The position numbers and the translations under genes are program-made. The notes under the pieces are model-generated. The model ran no database searches. It was not told the origin of the DNA and worked only from the letters and a program-made list of their open reading frames with translations. From Vitrella brassicaformis CCMP3155 (lineage: Eukaryota > Protista > Chromerida): 64,000 nt of DNA. Location: positions 186,001 to 250,000 of the forward strand of contig CDMY01000405.1 in NCBI GenBank assembly GCA_001179505.1, in the 5' to 3' direction. Shown one piece after another: positions 24,875-36,545 of the stretch. Numbering within the stretch: position 1 is the stretch's first letter; every line of letters begins with the position of its first letter.

Positions 24875-27627
24875 ATGAGAGGGACCCTTCGAAGCGGCCC
24901 TGCTGCCGCCCCCTACCTCCTCATCGTTTGTATCCTCTCAGCCGCAAGCGAACCAAGGAGTAGTGCTGGCCGCCCACTACGAGAAGACTTCGCCTTCGCC
25001 GACGTCGTTGCAAGCGGCGCGGGGCCACCGCCCGCTCATATGATGAGCGCCGCTGCAGCTGCCCCGGCACCCTCTCCCCTGTCGCCCTTTGAGGGCAACA
25101 AGGTGCGTGCGTTCGCCTCCAAGAAGAACCAAGCGGCCCACAACCTGATGGACGCCATCAAGCAAGTGCAGAACGTGACCGAGTTCTATCGCAGGTGGGG
25201 CGAGGACCGGCCCATCACGTCACTGGGGGCGTGCTACACCAGCGACAGGCACCTCAGCGGCTTCGAGATCGCCGCCACGACGGCCTACTCGCCACAGGAC
25301 TGCCAGGCCAAGTGCCAGATGGACGGCCACTGCTGGGGGTGGACCTACTTTGGTGACTCCAATCAATGCAGCCTCGCAGAGGGCGGGCCAGAGAAGGGCC
25401 ACACCATGGCCGAATCGGGCAAGAAGATCGTCAGCGGGCCCAAGAGCTGCGGGTGGCCGCGGCCGAACAATCCTGTGAGGGAGGACGAGAAGATCGAGGA
25501 GGCGCTGGACGAGCTGATACCGACGTTGAGCATGGACAGCAAGATCGGCCAGCTGATCTTTCTCGTGCAGTTCCGCACCACCGTCGAAAACCTCAAGCTG
25601 ACGGCGGCCGGGGCGGCGCAGATCCCGCGGCCCCCCCACGGGATGAGCCTGAAGGACACGCTGAAGCTGTTCGACCAGCTGTATGACGAGTCGCTCAAGG
25701 TTGGGGACGGCATCCCGGTGATGTTTGTGACGAACGCCGTGCACGGCAACACGATGATCAAGGGCGCCACAATCTTCCCACACAACATCGCCATCGGGGC
25801 CGCCAACGACCCCGACCTGGCCAGGAGGGTCGGCGAAGCCACCGCACTTGAGATGGCAGTCGCAGGTCAGTCAGTAACACACAAAACTAAAACGGCCAGT
25901 GATATCTGTGGCGTGGGTGTGTCTGCTCTGCTTCCCGCCCGGCAGGGTTTGACTGGACGGAGGCCCCCACCGTGGCCGTTGCGCGAGACATCCGGTGGGG
26001 CCGCACGTACGAGAGCTACTCGTCGAGCCCGCAGCGTGTCAAGAACATGGCCTTCGCCATGGTGAGGGGGCTGCAGGGCGACCCCAACAACGACAAGGAC
26101 TTCCTCAGCGACGCCCACGTCATCGCCACCTGCAAACACTGGATCGGCGACGGGGCGTCAAGCAAGGGCATCACATACGGCGACGTGCACCTGGAGGAGG
26201 AGGAGTTCCGGGACGTCCACGGGCTGCCCTTCGTGGCCTGCATCGAGGCGGGGGTGCAGTCGATCATGCCCTCCTACACGGCTTACCACGGGACCTCCAT
26301 GCACGGCAACTGGTTCCTCAACAGTGCGGTCCTCAAGGGCATGATGGACTTTCAGGGCTTCGTCATCAGCGACTTCGACGGCTGGGTGTGGAACGCCGTC
26401 CCGGGGTGCAGTGTCGACAACTGCCCCGCCACTATCGGCACCGGCATCGACCAGCTACTCGTTGGGTCAGTCAGTCAGTCAGTCCCCCAGGCACACACAA
26501 GCTAAGCTGCAGACGCCCGCATCGCATGTGTGTGTGCTGTGTGTGGTTGACATGGCATGATAGGTATGGTGACTACCAGAAGCTCATGTCCGGCATCAAG
26601 AAGGCCGTCGAGACCGGGGAGCTGCCCGAGGAGCGGTTCAACAACGCCGTACGGCGGGTCCTCAGAACCAAAATGCGGCTGGGTCTCATGGGCCCCAGGG
26701 CACGCACCACTCGGCAGCGGCCCTCCGAACGCAAATACGCCGGCCGGACAGAGTACTTCAATAACAAGAAGCACCGGCAGGTCGCACGGGAGGCCGTGCG
26801 CAAGTCGGTGGTGCTGCTCAAGAACCATAGGAAGGCGCTGCCGATCAAGCCCCAGATGAGGGTGCTGGTGGCTGGCCCCGCCGCCAACGACAAGACCAAG
26901 ATGATGGGCGGCTGGACCTTGGATCTGTTCGGCCAGAACATCGAGCAGGCCGACTTCCCCCAGGCCACCACTGTCTTCGAGGCGCTCAGGAGGGAGATGA
27001 AGAAGCGGGGTGGGTCGGCGACCTTCTCTGAGACGGGGTGGGTGAAGGACTACAGCGAGTACGACCTGGCCGTGTTTGTGACGGGCGAGGAGCCGTACGC
27101 AGAGATCAAGGGCGACCTCGCTGACCCCGAGAAATCACGCAGCCTCGACCACGGCACCAGGTGACTGACGAGCGAGACACGAACGAAGCCATTCTCGCTT
27201 GTCTGTCTCCATTCATTCATTTGTGTGTGTGTGTGGACGGACATTACATATGTATGGCTCCTTCAGGCATGTGGCTGACTTCGAGACGTTGGACATGCTG
27301 CAGAAGTCGAAGCTGCCGACGGTGACGATTCTGCTGTCTGGCCGGCCTCTGTATGTCAACAAGTACATCAACAAGTCGCATGCCTTCATGGCCGCCTGGC
27401 TGCCGGGCAGTGAGGGCGGCAACGGCATCGCCGACCTGCTTCTGGGCGACTTTGACTTCAGCGGCACACTCTCCTTCCCCTGGCCACGACACCCCTGCCA
27501 GACGCTCAGCCAGCCATGGGCACTGCCAGACGGCCAGACCCACCTTTTCCCCCTCGGCTATGGGCTGGACTACAAACACAATAAAACCATCCCACAGCTG
27601 CCGGAGAACTGGGTCTTCGAGTGCTGA
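24875..27627 (+). CDS. Secreted GH3 beta-glucosidase/exo-beta-glucanase with N-terminal PAN/Apple domain, 4 exons
   Basis: Hydrophobic leader (PYLLIVCILSAAS). Apple domain at 25232-25450 (CYTSD...CQAKCQMDGHCWGWTY...QCSL...SGPKSC). GH3 motifs NAVHG, FPHNIAIGAA, RDIRWGRTYESY, KHWIGDG, GFVISDF (nucleophile Asp 26371) and GEEPYAE (acid/base Glu 27102). Confidence 0.92.
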
Positions 27628-28391
27628 CCGACCGGCCCGACCTGACGGCATAGTGGTAGGCAGGCCTAGTGGTCGTGAGCGTGCGATTTGCATTGTGTGG
27701 TGTGTATGAACGGGCGGGCGGGCGGGCGGGCGGGTAATTGGGGCGCATTGCATACACCGGGTGTAATGATCAGTGTGTGCAGGTTGGGCGTGGCGTGTGC
27801 ACATCACATGTGGTGTTGAAGTGTCTCGATGTGTACGGATCTGTACACAAAAAGACGGATGGACACGGCTGGATGGAGGGAGGGAAGAGTACAGAGACAG
27901 ATATGCAATGCACACAGCTAGTCAGTCCCTGCTGCCTGTCTGTCTGCCTGCCTGCGTGCCCCTATTTGACTAGTGTGTGAGTGAATGCGTGGGTGTCTGT
28001 CTGTCTGTCTGTCACATCATGTCCTCTCCTCTCCTCTCCTCTCCTTGTCTGAGATGCCTCGGTGACCCGTTTGGTCCTTTGTCTGGGTGGTTGGTTGGGT
28101 AGCTGTCTGTAATTCGTGCAGCCCAGCCCTTTCTCTCCCCAACATATTCCTTCTCTCTCTCTCCTGCCACCTCTTCCCTTCCTCCCTGCCCGCCTGCTCG
28201 TGTGCCCGCCTGCCTCCCTGCCCGTGTGAGTGTTTTGCTGCGTACACACAGTGCCGTCCGTTCAGCTACAGGACTACAATTGGTTGGTGAGTGAGGGGGG
28301 CTGACGGACCGAACGATTGTGAGTTGATGCTCATCTCAATCCATACATCCAGTCGGTCACACAAAAACACACACACACGCATCCGTGTCAG

Positions 28392-30541
28392 TCAATCAGT
28401 CCCCCCCAACCCCGCAGAACGAGGCGGTGCAAACGAGCTGAGGAACATCCCATCCACCGGCTTTAGCCACAGGCGTCTCGCCTCTGTGTCGATGGACGTC
28501 ACAATGTCTGGCACCACATAAGGGATGAAGGCCCTGAGAGAGAGGACAGACACACACACACACCATACATATGCGGCCTGGCCTGGCGTAGCCTGCCTCT
28601 GATATGTATGGTGTGGCTGGCCGCCCCGTGCTCACTGTACCTGACTACAGGCGACCGGGAGATCTCCTGTGCATCATCGTCATCGGCAGGCCTGTACTCG
28701 CACAGCCGCTCGTGGTGCACCGCCTCTTGCTCTGTGGCGAACTCCATTGCACAGAACTCACACTCCCACACCTGCACACCTCCTCCCACACTGCACACGC
28801 AGACGCACACGCAGAAAGGGATAGATAGAGGGATGGGGGGACGATTGATCACACCACGCACGGCACTAATGAACCCACCTGCTCGGGTTTGTGAAGCCAT
28901 CGATTTCGGTCTCTTGGCTGAGCTGTTGGTAGAAATGGTCAATGACGGTTCTGTCGAAGGATGGATCCATCTCTATCAGCAGCATGTCCTCACGAATGGC
29001 CCCCAGCTCCTGCATCCACTCACATCACATGTCAAACCGCTCGCTGCCGTGTCCTCCCCACCTTCCCTGCCTCCCTGCCTCCCTCGTGTCTCACCTTGCT
29101 TTGTGTGGCTTCCGATCCAGGAACATAGTCGACAATCCGACCCACCTAGAGAAGAAAGAGGGCGCATACCGCACCGCGGCCATCCATGCCATGCCCTCCC
29201 CTCTGCGCTGCTTTGTCTACACCTCTCTCTTCCCCACCAGGCATTCCGGCATGGCCGCCGCCAGCGCTTCGTCCTCCTCAGCGAACGCACCCCAGTCGAT
29301 GTACACCTGCATGTCCAGCAGCTCGGGCACATAGACCTCCGATGCCTCGTCGAGTGAGGACGGCCGGTCGCGCTGAGAGGCGTAGAGAGTGAGGCCCGTC
29401 AGCCGAATGGCGTCCTCTCTGAGTGAGAGGCAAACAGGCAGTTGACACGTGGAGCAAGGTGAGTACGTGTTGCTGATGGTGCGGTGACCTGGTGTCAGCC
29501 CCAGCGATTTGCACGACAAACACATCGTCTTGGCCCGCCTTGCGGCACTGGGTAAGGGCTACCGGCTGTGGCGCCGCCGATGTGCGGGGCTTCAGATACT
29601 GCACACCTAGGAATCAACCCACATAGACGTGTGTGTCTATGGATGTCCACGCACTCCGCTACAATGCACCTGCTCAGCTCACCGGGCCGTCCGAAGCGGT
29701 CCTGTGGGAAGTCAGTTGAGCTCCTGACCTTGACTTGCCCGACCACGCCATGGGCGCCCATGATCGACCCGATCTCCACAAAGTCATCCATGGACCCCTC
29801 ATACACCACACACACCCTGGCACCAGCACCCTCACTGTCGCCGTATCGCTCTCGGAATGAGGCGTCGCTCTCGAGAGTCCTCTGCAGGCCGTCCCGCAGC
29901 CTGGCGAACAGCGGCCGGCTGCTGCGCCGCTGCTGCTGCTCCTCCTCCTCCTCCTCCTCCTCCTAATGAATGAATGCAGCCAGCCATTCGTGCCGACGGC
30001 ACAAGAGTTGACCGACAGGGATCCATCTGGCCGCTAGCTTCGTGCTCGCTCTTGCCTGTGTTTGTTGCCTCAGTGGTTTGGTCTTCTCCACGAACAGATC
30101 CCACGGGTCGGGCGGTGCCTGGCCGTCCTCATAGCGCCACGCGTCCTTGGTGCGCCTTCCGCGACGACCCACCTGATGGAACGAGGCAGGCAGGATTCCG
30201 TCAGAGCATTCTGCAGGGCGATGGGTGCGTACCTTTGAGAATCTGCTGGGCTGGTAGTATTTGCTGGGCGAGGTGTCCCGCACGGCATCGCTGGAAGCAG
30301 GCTGCGATGAACGAATCAGCCGGCTGATTGACTGGCGTCGACGGACAGGCGCCAGTGGCACAAACGCGGCCGCTTCAGACGGAGGGCACTGCATCACCAT
30401 CAGGTACGCCATGCAACACACCCAGTGCAAGATCTGATGGCTGCAGGTCTGTGCTCGTCTGCGCGTGTGTGTGTTGGTCTCACTCACGTATGTGTGAACC
30501 GACGCCGTCAGGGATTGTGAGAGCAACAAGGCGACCTTCAT
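28392..30541 (-). CDS. rimM: Ribosome maturation factor RimM, probably plastid-targeted, with C2HC zinc-finger insertion
   Basis: N-domain FVEIGSIMGAHGVVGQVKVRSSTDFPQDRF...DAIRLTGLTLYASQRDRPSSLDEASEVYVPELLDMQV. PRC barrel VGRIVDY...DMLLIE...RAFIPYVVPDIVTSIDTEARRLWLKPVDGMF. The long N-terminal extension has a hydrophobic stretch followed by SEAAAFVPLAPVRRR, like a bipartite plastid leader. The start codon is uncertain. Confidence 0.85.
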
Positions 30542-30753
30542 GAGCACTCCCTTCCAACCTCACACATGCTCCACCGTCAGGCCGCCTAGGGTGCTCCCTG
30601 AAACCGCTGCTGCGCAGAGGAGCGCATTGACGCTGCAGATCTTTGTCGCGTTTGGTCTCTGATATATGGCATTTCGCGGAAGTCCAATCGCGCCCATCTT
30701 CTCTGCACGGAGATTCGCTTATCTCTCACGCGTCGTCGGAGTTTCCACAGCGC

Positions 30754-32626
30754 ATGACAGCGAGTGCCGTCAACAAAGTGCCACCACAGACGGTCTCCAC
30801 AATGTCAGCGGTCAGGGATAGGTAAGGATTCATTCAATTGCGACCAAAAGCCACCATTCCATTCATCCGTCCTCCCGCCTGTGTGTGCGCTTGTGCCCAG
30901 GCCGTGGTTCGTCCAGGCGCTGGAGCGGCTTCAGAGTTGGATGGAATCAGTTCAGTTCGACGAGCTTCTCAGCCACTCGGGCGACGTCGGTGGTGCCGCA
31001 CCAATCCTCTCTGGAGCGGACACCGAGCTGGAGGCGCTTGTTCGGCTGAGTGCCTCGCTGCTGGAAGGGCTGAGGGACTCGGCCATCGGCCTGCCGCCCC
31101 ATCGTGTGGAGAGGAAGCAGGAGCAGTTGACGTGGCTGCTGGCTAGCTTCCTCCTGCTGGATCTGCCTCTGCAGAGGCGCTTGCGTGTGGTTGATTTCTG
31201 CTCTGGTGCGGGGCATTTCGGCTTTGTCGTCGGCCGGTTGTTTCCTCACTTTTCTGTGTGGCTGGTGGAGATCAACGCTGTGGCCTGTCGGATGGCTCTG
31301 GTAGGCGCGCTTGGACGCTCTTGCGAATCAATCGTTGGTCTGTGTGTGTGTGTGTGTCACCTTCCCTGTTCGTTCAGGAGACGAAGGAAAAGTACGGCCT
31401 CACCAATGTCCACGTGATCAACGCGTCCCTGACGGACCTCATCCCGGGCGGTTCTGGGGGGACGTGTCCACTGCCTGACTTCGACGTCGGTCTCGGCCTT
31501 CACGCGTGTGGGTACGTCGACAGCACACTTGCAGTGTGTGAGTACGTCTGTGCGTACGTCGGCCACCTGAGTGGGTGGGGTGTTTCGTGCAGGTGGCTGA
31601 CCGATTTGATTCATGTGCTGTGTTTGCAGCGACGGGCCGCTTTCGTCCTCTGCTCGTGCTGTGTTGGCAAGGTGAGGCACCACCCCTCACCCACCAGCCG
31701 CGGGCGCTGGCCTGCCCATGGCGACTGCAGCTATAGTGATGATGATGAGGCGACACCTGTCGTGTCCACGGAAGTGCTCGCGTACCCACGGAGCAGTCTG
31801 CTGAGGCAGGTAGGGGACGTATGGGTGTGTCTGTTCTCGCTTGCTGCTCTTCCAATGGCATGTGCTCTGTGTTGTGTTGTCCCAGCAATTGTCCGCTGAG
31901 GCCTACTTTGAATTGGCGGCAGCTGCAGGTAACTGCTTGGAGGTGATGCGCGCGTTGGTGTGTGTCCTGCCATGAGTGTGTGCGTGGCTGGTGGTGCAGA
32001 TATGAATGAGGCTCCTGATCGACATGGAGCCGCAGACAAGGCCACCTTGTCTCCGGCCGAATGCCATTGGCCTCCGCCCCTTGCCTCCTGGTTGCTGCGC
32101 CTCAACCGGGCCTTCCGGCATCGGTGGGATTCAGTCGCGCGCCCAGCTGCTCTGACACAGTCAAAGGAGACATCTGAGCTGGGGTGCTGCCGAGGTGCGC
32201 ACTGCTATCCGTGTGCAGGCGATGTACGGGCAGCCTGGCTATTCAGAATCTCTGTTCTCTGTGTTTACGATGCAGGCTTGTGTGCGGATGGCGAGAGCGA
32301 CGAAGAGACGTCTCTGCCTTTGGCAAGACGGACGTGCAAGCTGCTGGTGGAGATGGACAGACTGATGGCTGCTCACGAACACGGCTACACAGTGAGGGTG
32401 ATCCACATGCCGCTGAGGTACGATTGATTACCTGCCTTGCGTGTGTGTATGCGACGCACGATTGCCACCCATCCACCCATCCATCGATGGGATGATTTGT
32501 GTCTGCTGGATGGTTGTCTGCAGAGCTTCACCGAAGAACGACATCATCATCGGTCGTCCCCCGAGTGGCCACGATCGCCTGGCGCATCGCGTCTCGCTGA
32601 CAGCGCTTGTTGCCGACCAAATTTAA
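30754..32626 (+). CDS. Class I SAM-dependent methyltransferase, Methyltransf_32/GSTCD-like, multi-exon
   Basis: RVERKQEQL...VVDFCSGAGHFG (motif I)...LVEIN...DVGLGLHACG|WLTD...AAFVLCSCCVGKV...YPRS...CKLLVEMDRL...PKNDIIIG, which matches the GSTCD methyltransferase domain pattern. Confidence 0.82.
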
Positions 32627-33645
32627 AGGCGACCAAATGAAGGTGTACAGTGACCAACTTGGTTCACGCACTGTACACTCAGCTCCCTCCTGCAGGTGCA
32701 ACCAGATGCCGACCGACGCACGCCTGTACAGTTCCTCTGCTTGTCTGCCTGCCTGCCTGCCCGCCTGTCGGTGTGTGTGGGGGGCAGTGTTTGCTTGCCT
32801 TGTGCGGAGTAGTTCTTTGTCCATCGACCGATGGATGTAGTGTATGTCCGACTGATGTTGAATGGTGACCTTCGTGGCTTTCACCCACGTGCACGCAGTC
32901 TGCATGCAGTCAGCCCCACGCACCCAACCCATTTCTCCTGACTGCATCCACCCCAACCAACACAGGCATTGCAACGTTGTCTGAGTGACACAGCACATGC
33001 ACCGCGTCCATCAACCCTCCCTCATGTGGACGGACGGACGGACGGACGGACGCAGACAGAAAATCTCACTCTCCCTACACCACTACTCGACTCTCATATG
33101 GTCCTCAGCTACATCATGCTCATGATCATCATCAGCCGCTGACAGACACTTTGTAGTGCTTGTCAGAAGCTCATGTGGACGAGCACCACGCAGCTGAAGA
33201 CCATAGAGTCGAAACGAATCATACATTGCCCCCCTCGGAAAGCAACATAAATGCGACGAGACGCGACATACACACATACGGAAAGCAACATGTATGCGTG
33301 TATGCGTGTATGTGTGTATGTGTGTGCCACACGGATTGCCCACGGCCTACCGACGCATAAAGGCGCCTGAGGCAGGCCACAAAACCCACACGCCTGGCTG
33401 GCTGGCTTCAGCCGGCCTCCCTCACAGGCATGGCATGCGATGTAGCGGGAGGGCGTCCCTTTCGCTGAGGTCCCGTCCCGTCCCGCCCTCCCGCCCGCCC
33501 TCACTAGAAAGAATTCGGATGCACCGAGACCGCTGGCCGATCGACAGACAGGCATACAGGCAGGCAGGCAGGCATGAAACCATGCGCATGAAGCGGTTTA
33601 CAAAATACCCGAAGACGTGCACGTAGGCATGCACTCGTGTGTGTC

Positions 33646-36511
33646 TCAGTGACCCCCCCTTCCCCCTCTCCAGGCACCAGCCCTCCTACTGCTGGCCGTG
33701 CTATAGTGTCTGTCGCCCACAAGCCGCCTCTCGATGGCTGCAGCGGAGGCTCTCCGTTGCCCCAAACCACCGCTGGCAGCTGCCATGGCGGCTTGCAGCC
33801 TCCTGGTGCTGCCACCGTTGTTCTCGAGGACCACCGGCTCCCCTGAGTGATACATAGACAGACAGACAGACAGACAGCCAGACATCCAGCGAAATGCATG
33901 CGCCCCCCCCCCCCCCCCNNNNNNNNNNNNNNNNNNNNNNNNNNNNNNNNNNNNNNNNNNNNNNNNNNNNNNNNNNNNNNNNNNNNNNNNNNNNNNNNNN
34001 NNNNNNNNNNNNNNNNNNNNNNNNNNNNNNNNNNNNNNNNNNNNNNNNNNNNNNNNNNNNNNNNNNNNNNNNNNNNNNNNNNNNNNNNNNNNNNNNNNNN
34101 NNNNNNNNNNNNNNNNNNNNNNNNNNNNNNNNNNNNNNNNNNNNNNNNNNNNNNNNNNNNNNNNNNNNNNNNNNNNNNNNNNNNNNNNNNNNNNNNNNNN
34201 NNNNNNNNNNNNNNNNNNCCCGACCCACCGACCCACCTGCTGCCTCATACGCCTTTCTCCATCCGTCGGTCCCCGCCTCGCCATGGCACCTGACGGCAGC
34301 GGCCTTAATCGTCGTGTGGCAGCTGGTCACCTCCTCGCCAGACGGATACAGAGACGACACCAGGGCGTTGCTGGGGTGGCTGCGGTCGCTGCACTCCGCA
34401 AGGGACTCCTCGCTGCCGTCACAGTCGGGGATAGAGAAGATGGAGAGTCCCAGTGACGGCTCGCGGTAGGCCGTGACTTGGGACCTGTTGGCTACCTCAT
34501 AGCCGAGGTGCCGGCAGACCACCTGGGCCTCGCGGAGGGTGAAGCGGTGGTCACTGGGGAGAGAAAAGAAAAAAAGAGAATACAACAAGGAGGGAGGAGG
34601 GCGATGGATGGCGGGCTGTAAACGCAGCAGTGGCATGTGTGTGTGTGTGTGTGTATGTGTCTCCCTGGCTGCAGGCACTGCACTGCACTCACCCGCATAC
34701 GATGCCCCACTTGCCATCTCGATAGATTACAACTCGCCCCTCGTCCATCCCGCCCCTTCCCAGATCCAGCCGCACCTCGCCCTCGACTGACACACACACA
34801 CACACACACACAGAGACACACGCACGTACATCAGGAGCATCTGCCTCTTTCTTTTCTCACCTGGCTCCGGCGCACACTGTGGCGCGTACGAGAAGTTGCC
34901 GTTGGCCTGGCACACACGGACAGCTGGTGGTGGCGGCCATGGCAGCAGGGGCGCGGAGCAGGCCTCGTCGTACAAAAGCTGTGTGTCAACAGGGTATGAC
35001 GTGTTGCCGTGTTGGCACACACACGGCTGGCAGGAGCCGCCGCAATCGCTGTTTTGCTCGTCTCCGTTCATCAGACCATCACTGCACGAAACTGAGAACA
35101 GAAAGGCACAGCAGACAGAGACGGAGAAATGTGTGTATTGCTTGGCTGGCCGGCAACAGATCCCGGTCGGGGTCACTTACCGTTAGTGTCGAATGCTACC
35201 GGTGGCGACGTGAGCCTGCTGATAGTCTGCAGCAGGTGCTGCTTCCACGCGAACAGGTGCTCAAGCCGCTCCCAGCGCCGTCGCCTCTCCTCAGCAGATA
35301 TGGACTCAATCTCCTCCTCGTCTCGCACCGACCAGTCCCACCCCAATCCCACCACCCAGCCCTCCCCTCTCCTCACGGCATACGACGCAGAATGCCCATC
35401 GCACTCATACAGTGACAGTGAGTCATCGGGCAGACTCGACGAGAGCACCGTCGACGTGACAGGCCGGTTGAGGAGCGCCTCAGGCGATTGTGCGAAGCGG
35501 GAATTGTTCCTGGCGGCCTCGGTGAAGTTAAATATGTCGCAGTAGATAAGGGCGATGGAGTTGTCGGACTTGGAGGTGATTGTCCAGTTGAAGACGGTGT
35601 TGGGGACGGTGTGCATGTCGCTCTGCAGTATCAGAACACCACCGCTCTCGACGAAGGACCGAATGGCCGCTCTATCGTCGCTGCCGAGAGCCTTGGCCAA
35701 GGCGCCGACTGAGCGGGGAGTGGGCTGGCGGAAAACACACAACATGAAAGATGGCGTGTGGAGGGCTGTGGCTTCCCCGGTGTGTGTGTGCAATGGGCCT
35801 ACCAGGGCAAGGAAGGATGTGCCTTTTAGCGCCTTCGGCATGCCGTTTTCGCGGAAGTTGTACAGCAGGGTCAGCGACTCCTGCAGCGCCTCCTTCAGTT
35901 CCTCTCGCAGGCTGCCACCCGACCCATCACCCTCAACGAGGTCCCTATCGAAAAGGAGCGTCCCGTGTGTCTCCTGGCCCAGCAGCTGCGGCGCGCCAAC
36001 AAGCTCGGCCTTGCTGCGTCCCACGCTGCCCCTCAGCGCACCGCCCCTCACGCTGCTCCACGCCCCCTCCTCGACCCCCGCGGCAGGCAGCAGCTCGGTC
36101 CGCAAAGCCGAGGTGTCCGACGCCTCGCACCGCACCCACAGGTCCTTCGGCTGCCCACCGCAGTCGACCACGTCGCTGCCTTCCACGCCATACCTCTCGA
36201 GGCTCCCGCACTCGAGCAGGTTCTGTTCGTGGCCCTTGCAGCGGAGGTGGTGCAGCCAGATGATGGCTGGGGGCGTGTCGGGGAGGGATTTGTGTGGCTT
36301 GGTGAGGATGTGCATGGCCTTGCCTGCACCGAGCTGGCGGCAGATGACGTCGGCGTCGAAGAAGGAGAACTCGACGGGGCAGATGGTGCCCCATGAGCCT
36401 CTGCCATAAAACTCCACTCTGCCACTCGCCTGGTCGCTGCCGTCAACAAGCCGCACATCGCCCACATCTGCAGAAGGAGAGACGAGACGGAGATGAGGCA
36501 GTCCGTCGATG

Positions 36512-36545
<34 letters not shown>

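Noticed and set aside
28392-32626. rimM plus methyltransferase as a bacterial rimM-trmD operon remnant or contamination
   Set aside because: Both genes are intron-rich and divergent, and the methyltransferase is Rossmann-type rather than SPOUT TrmD.
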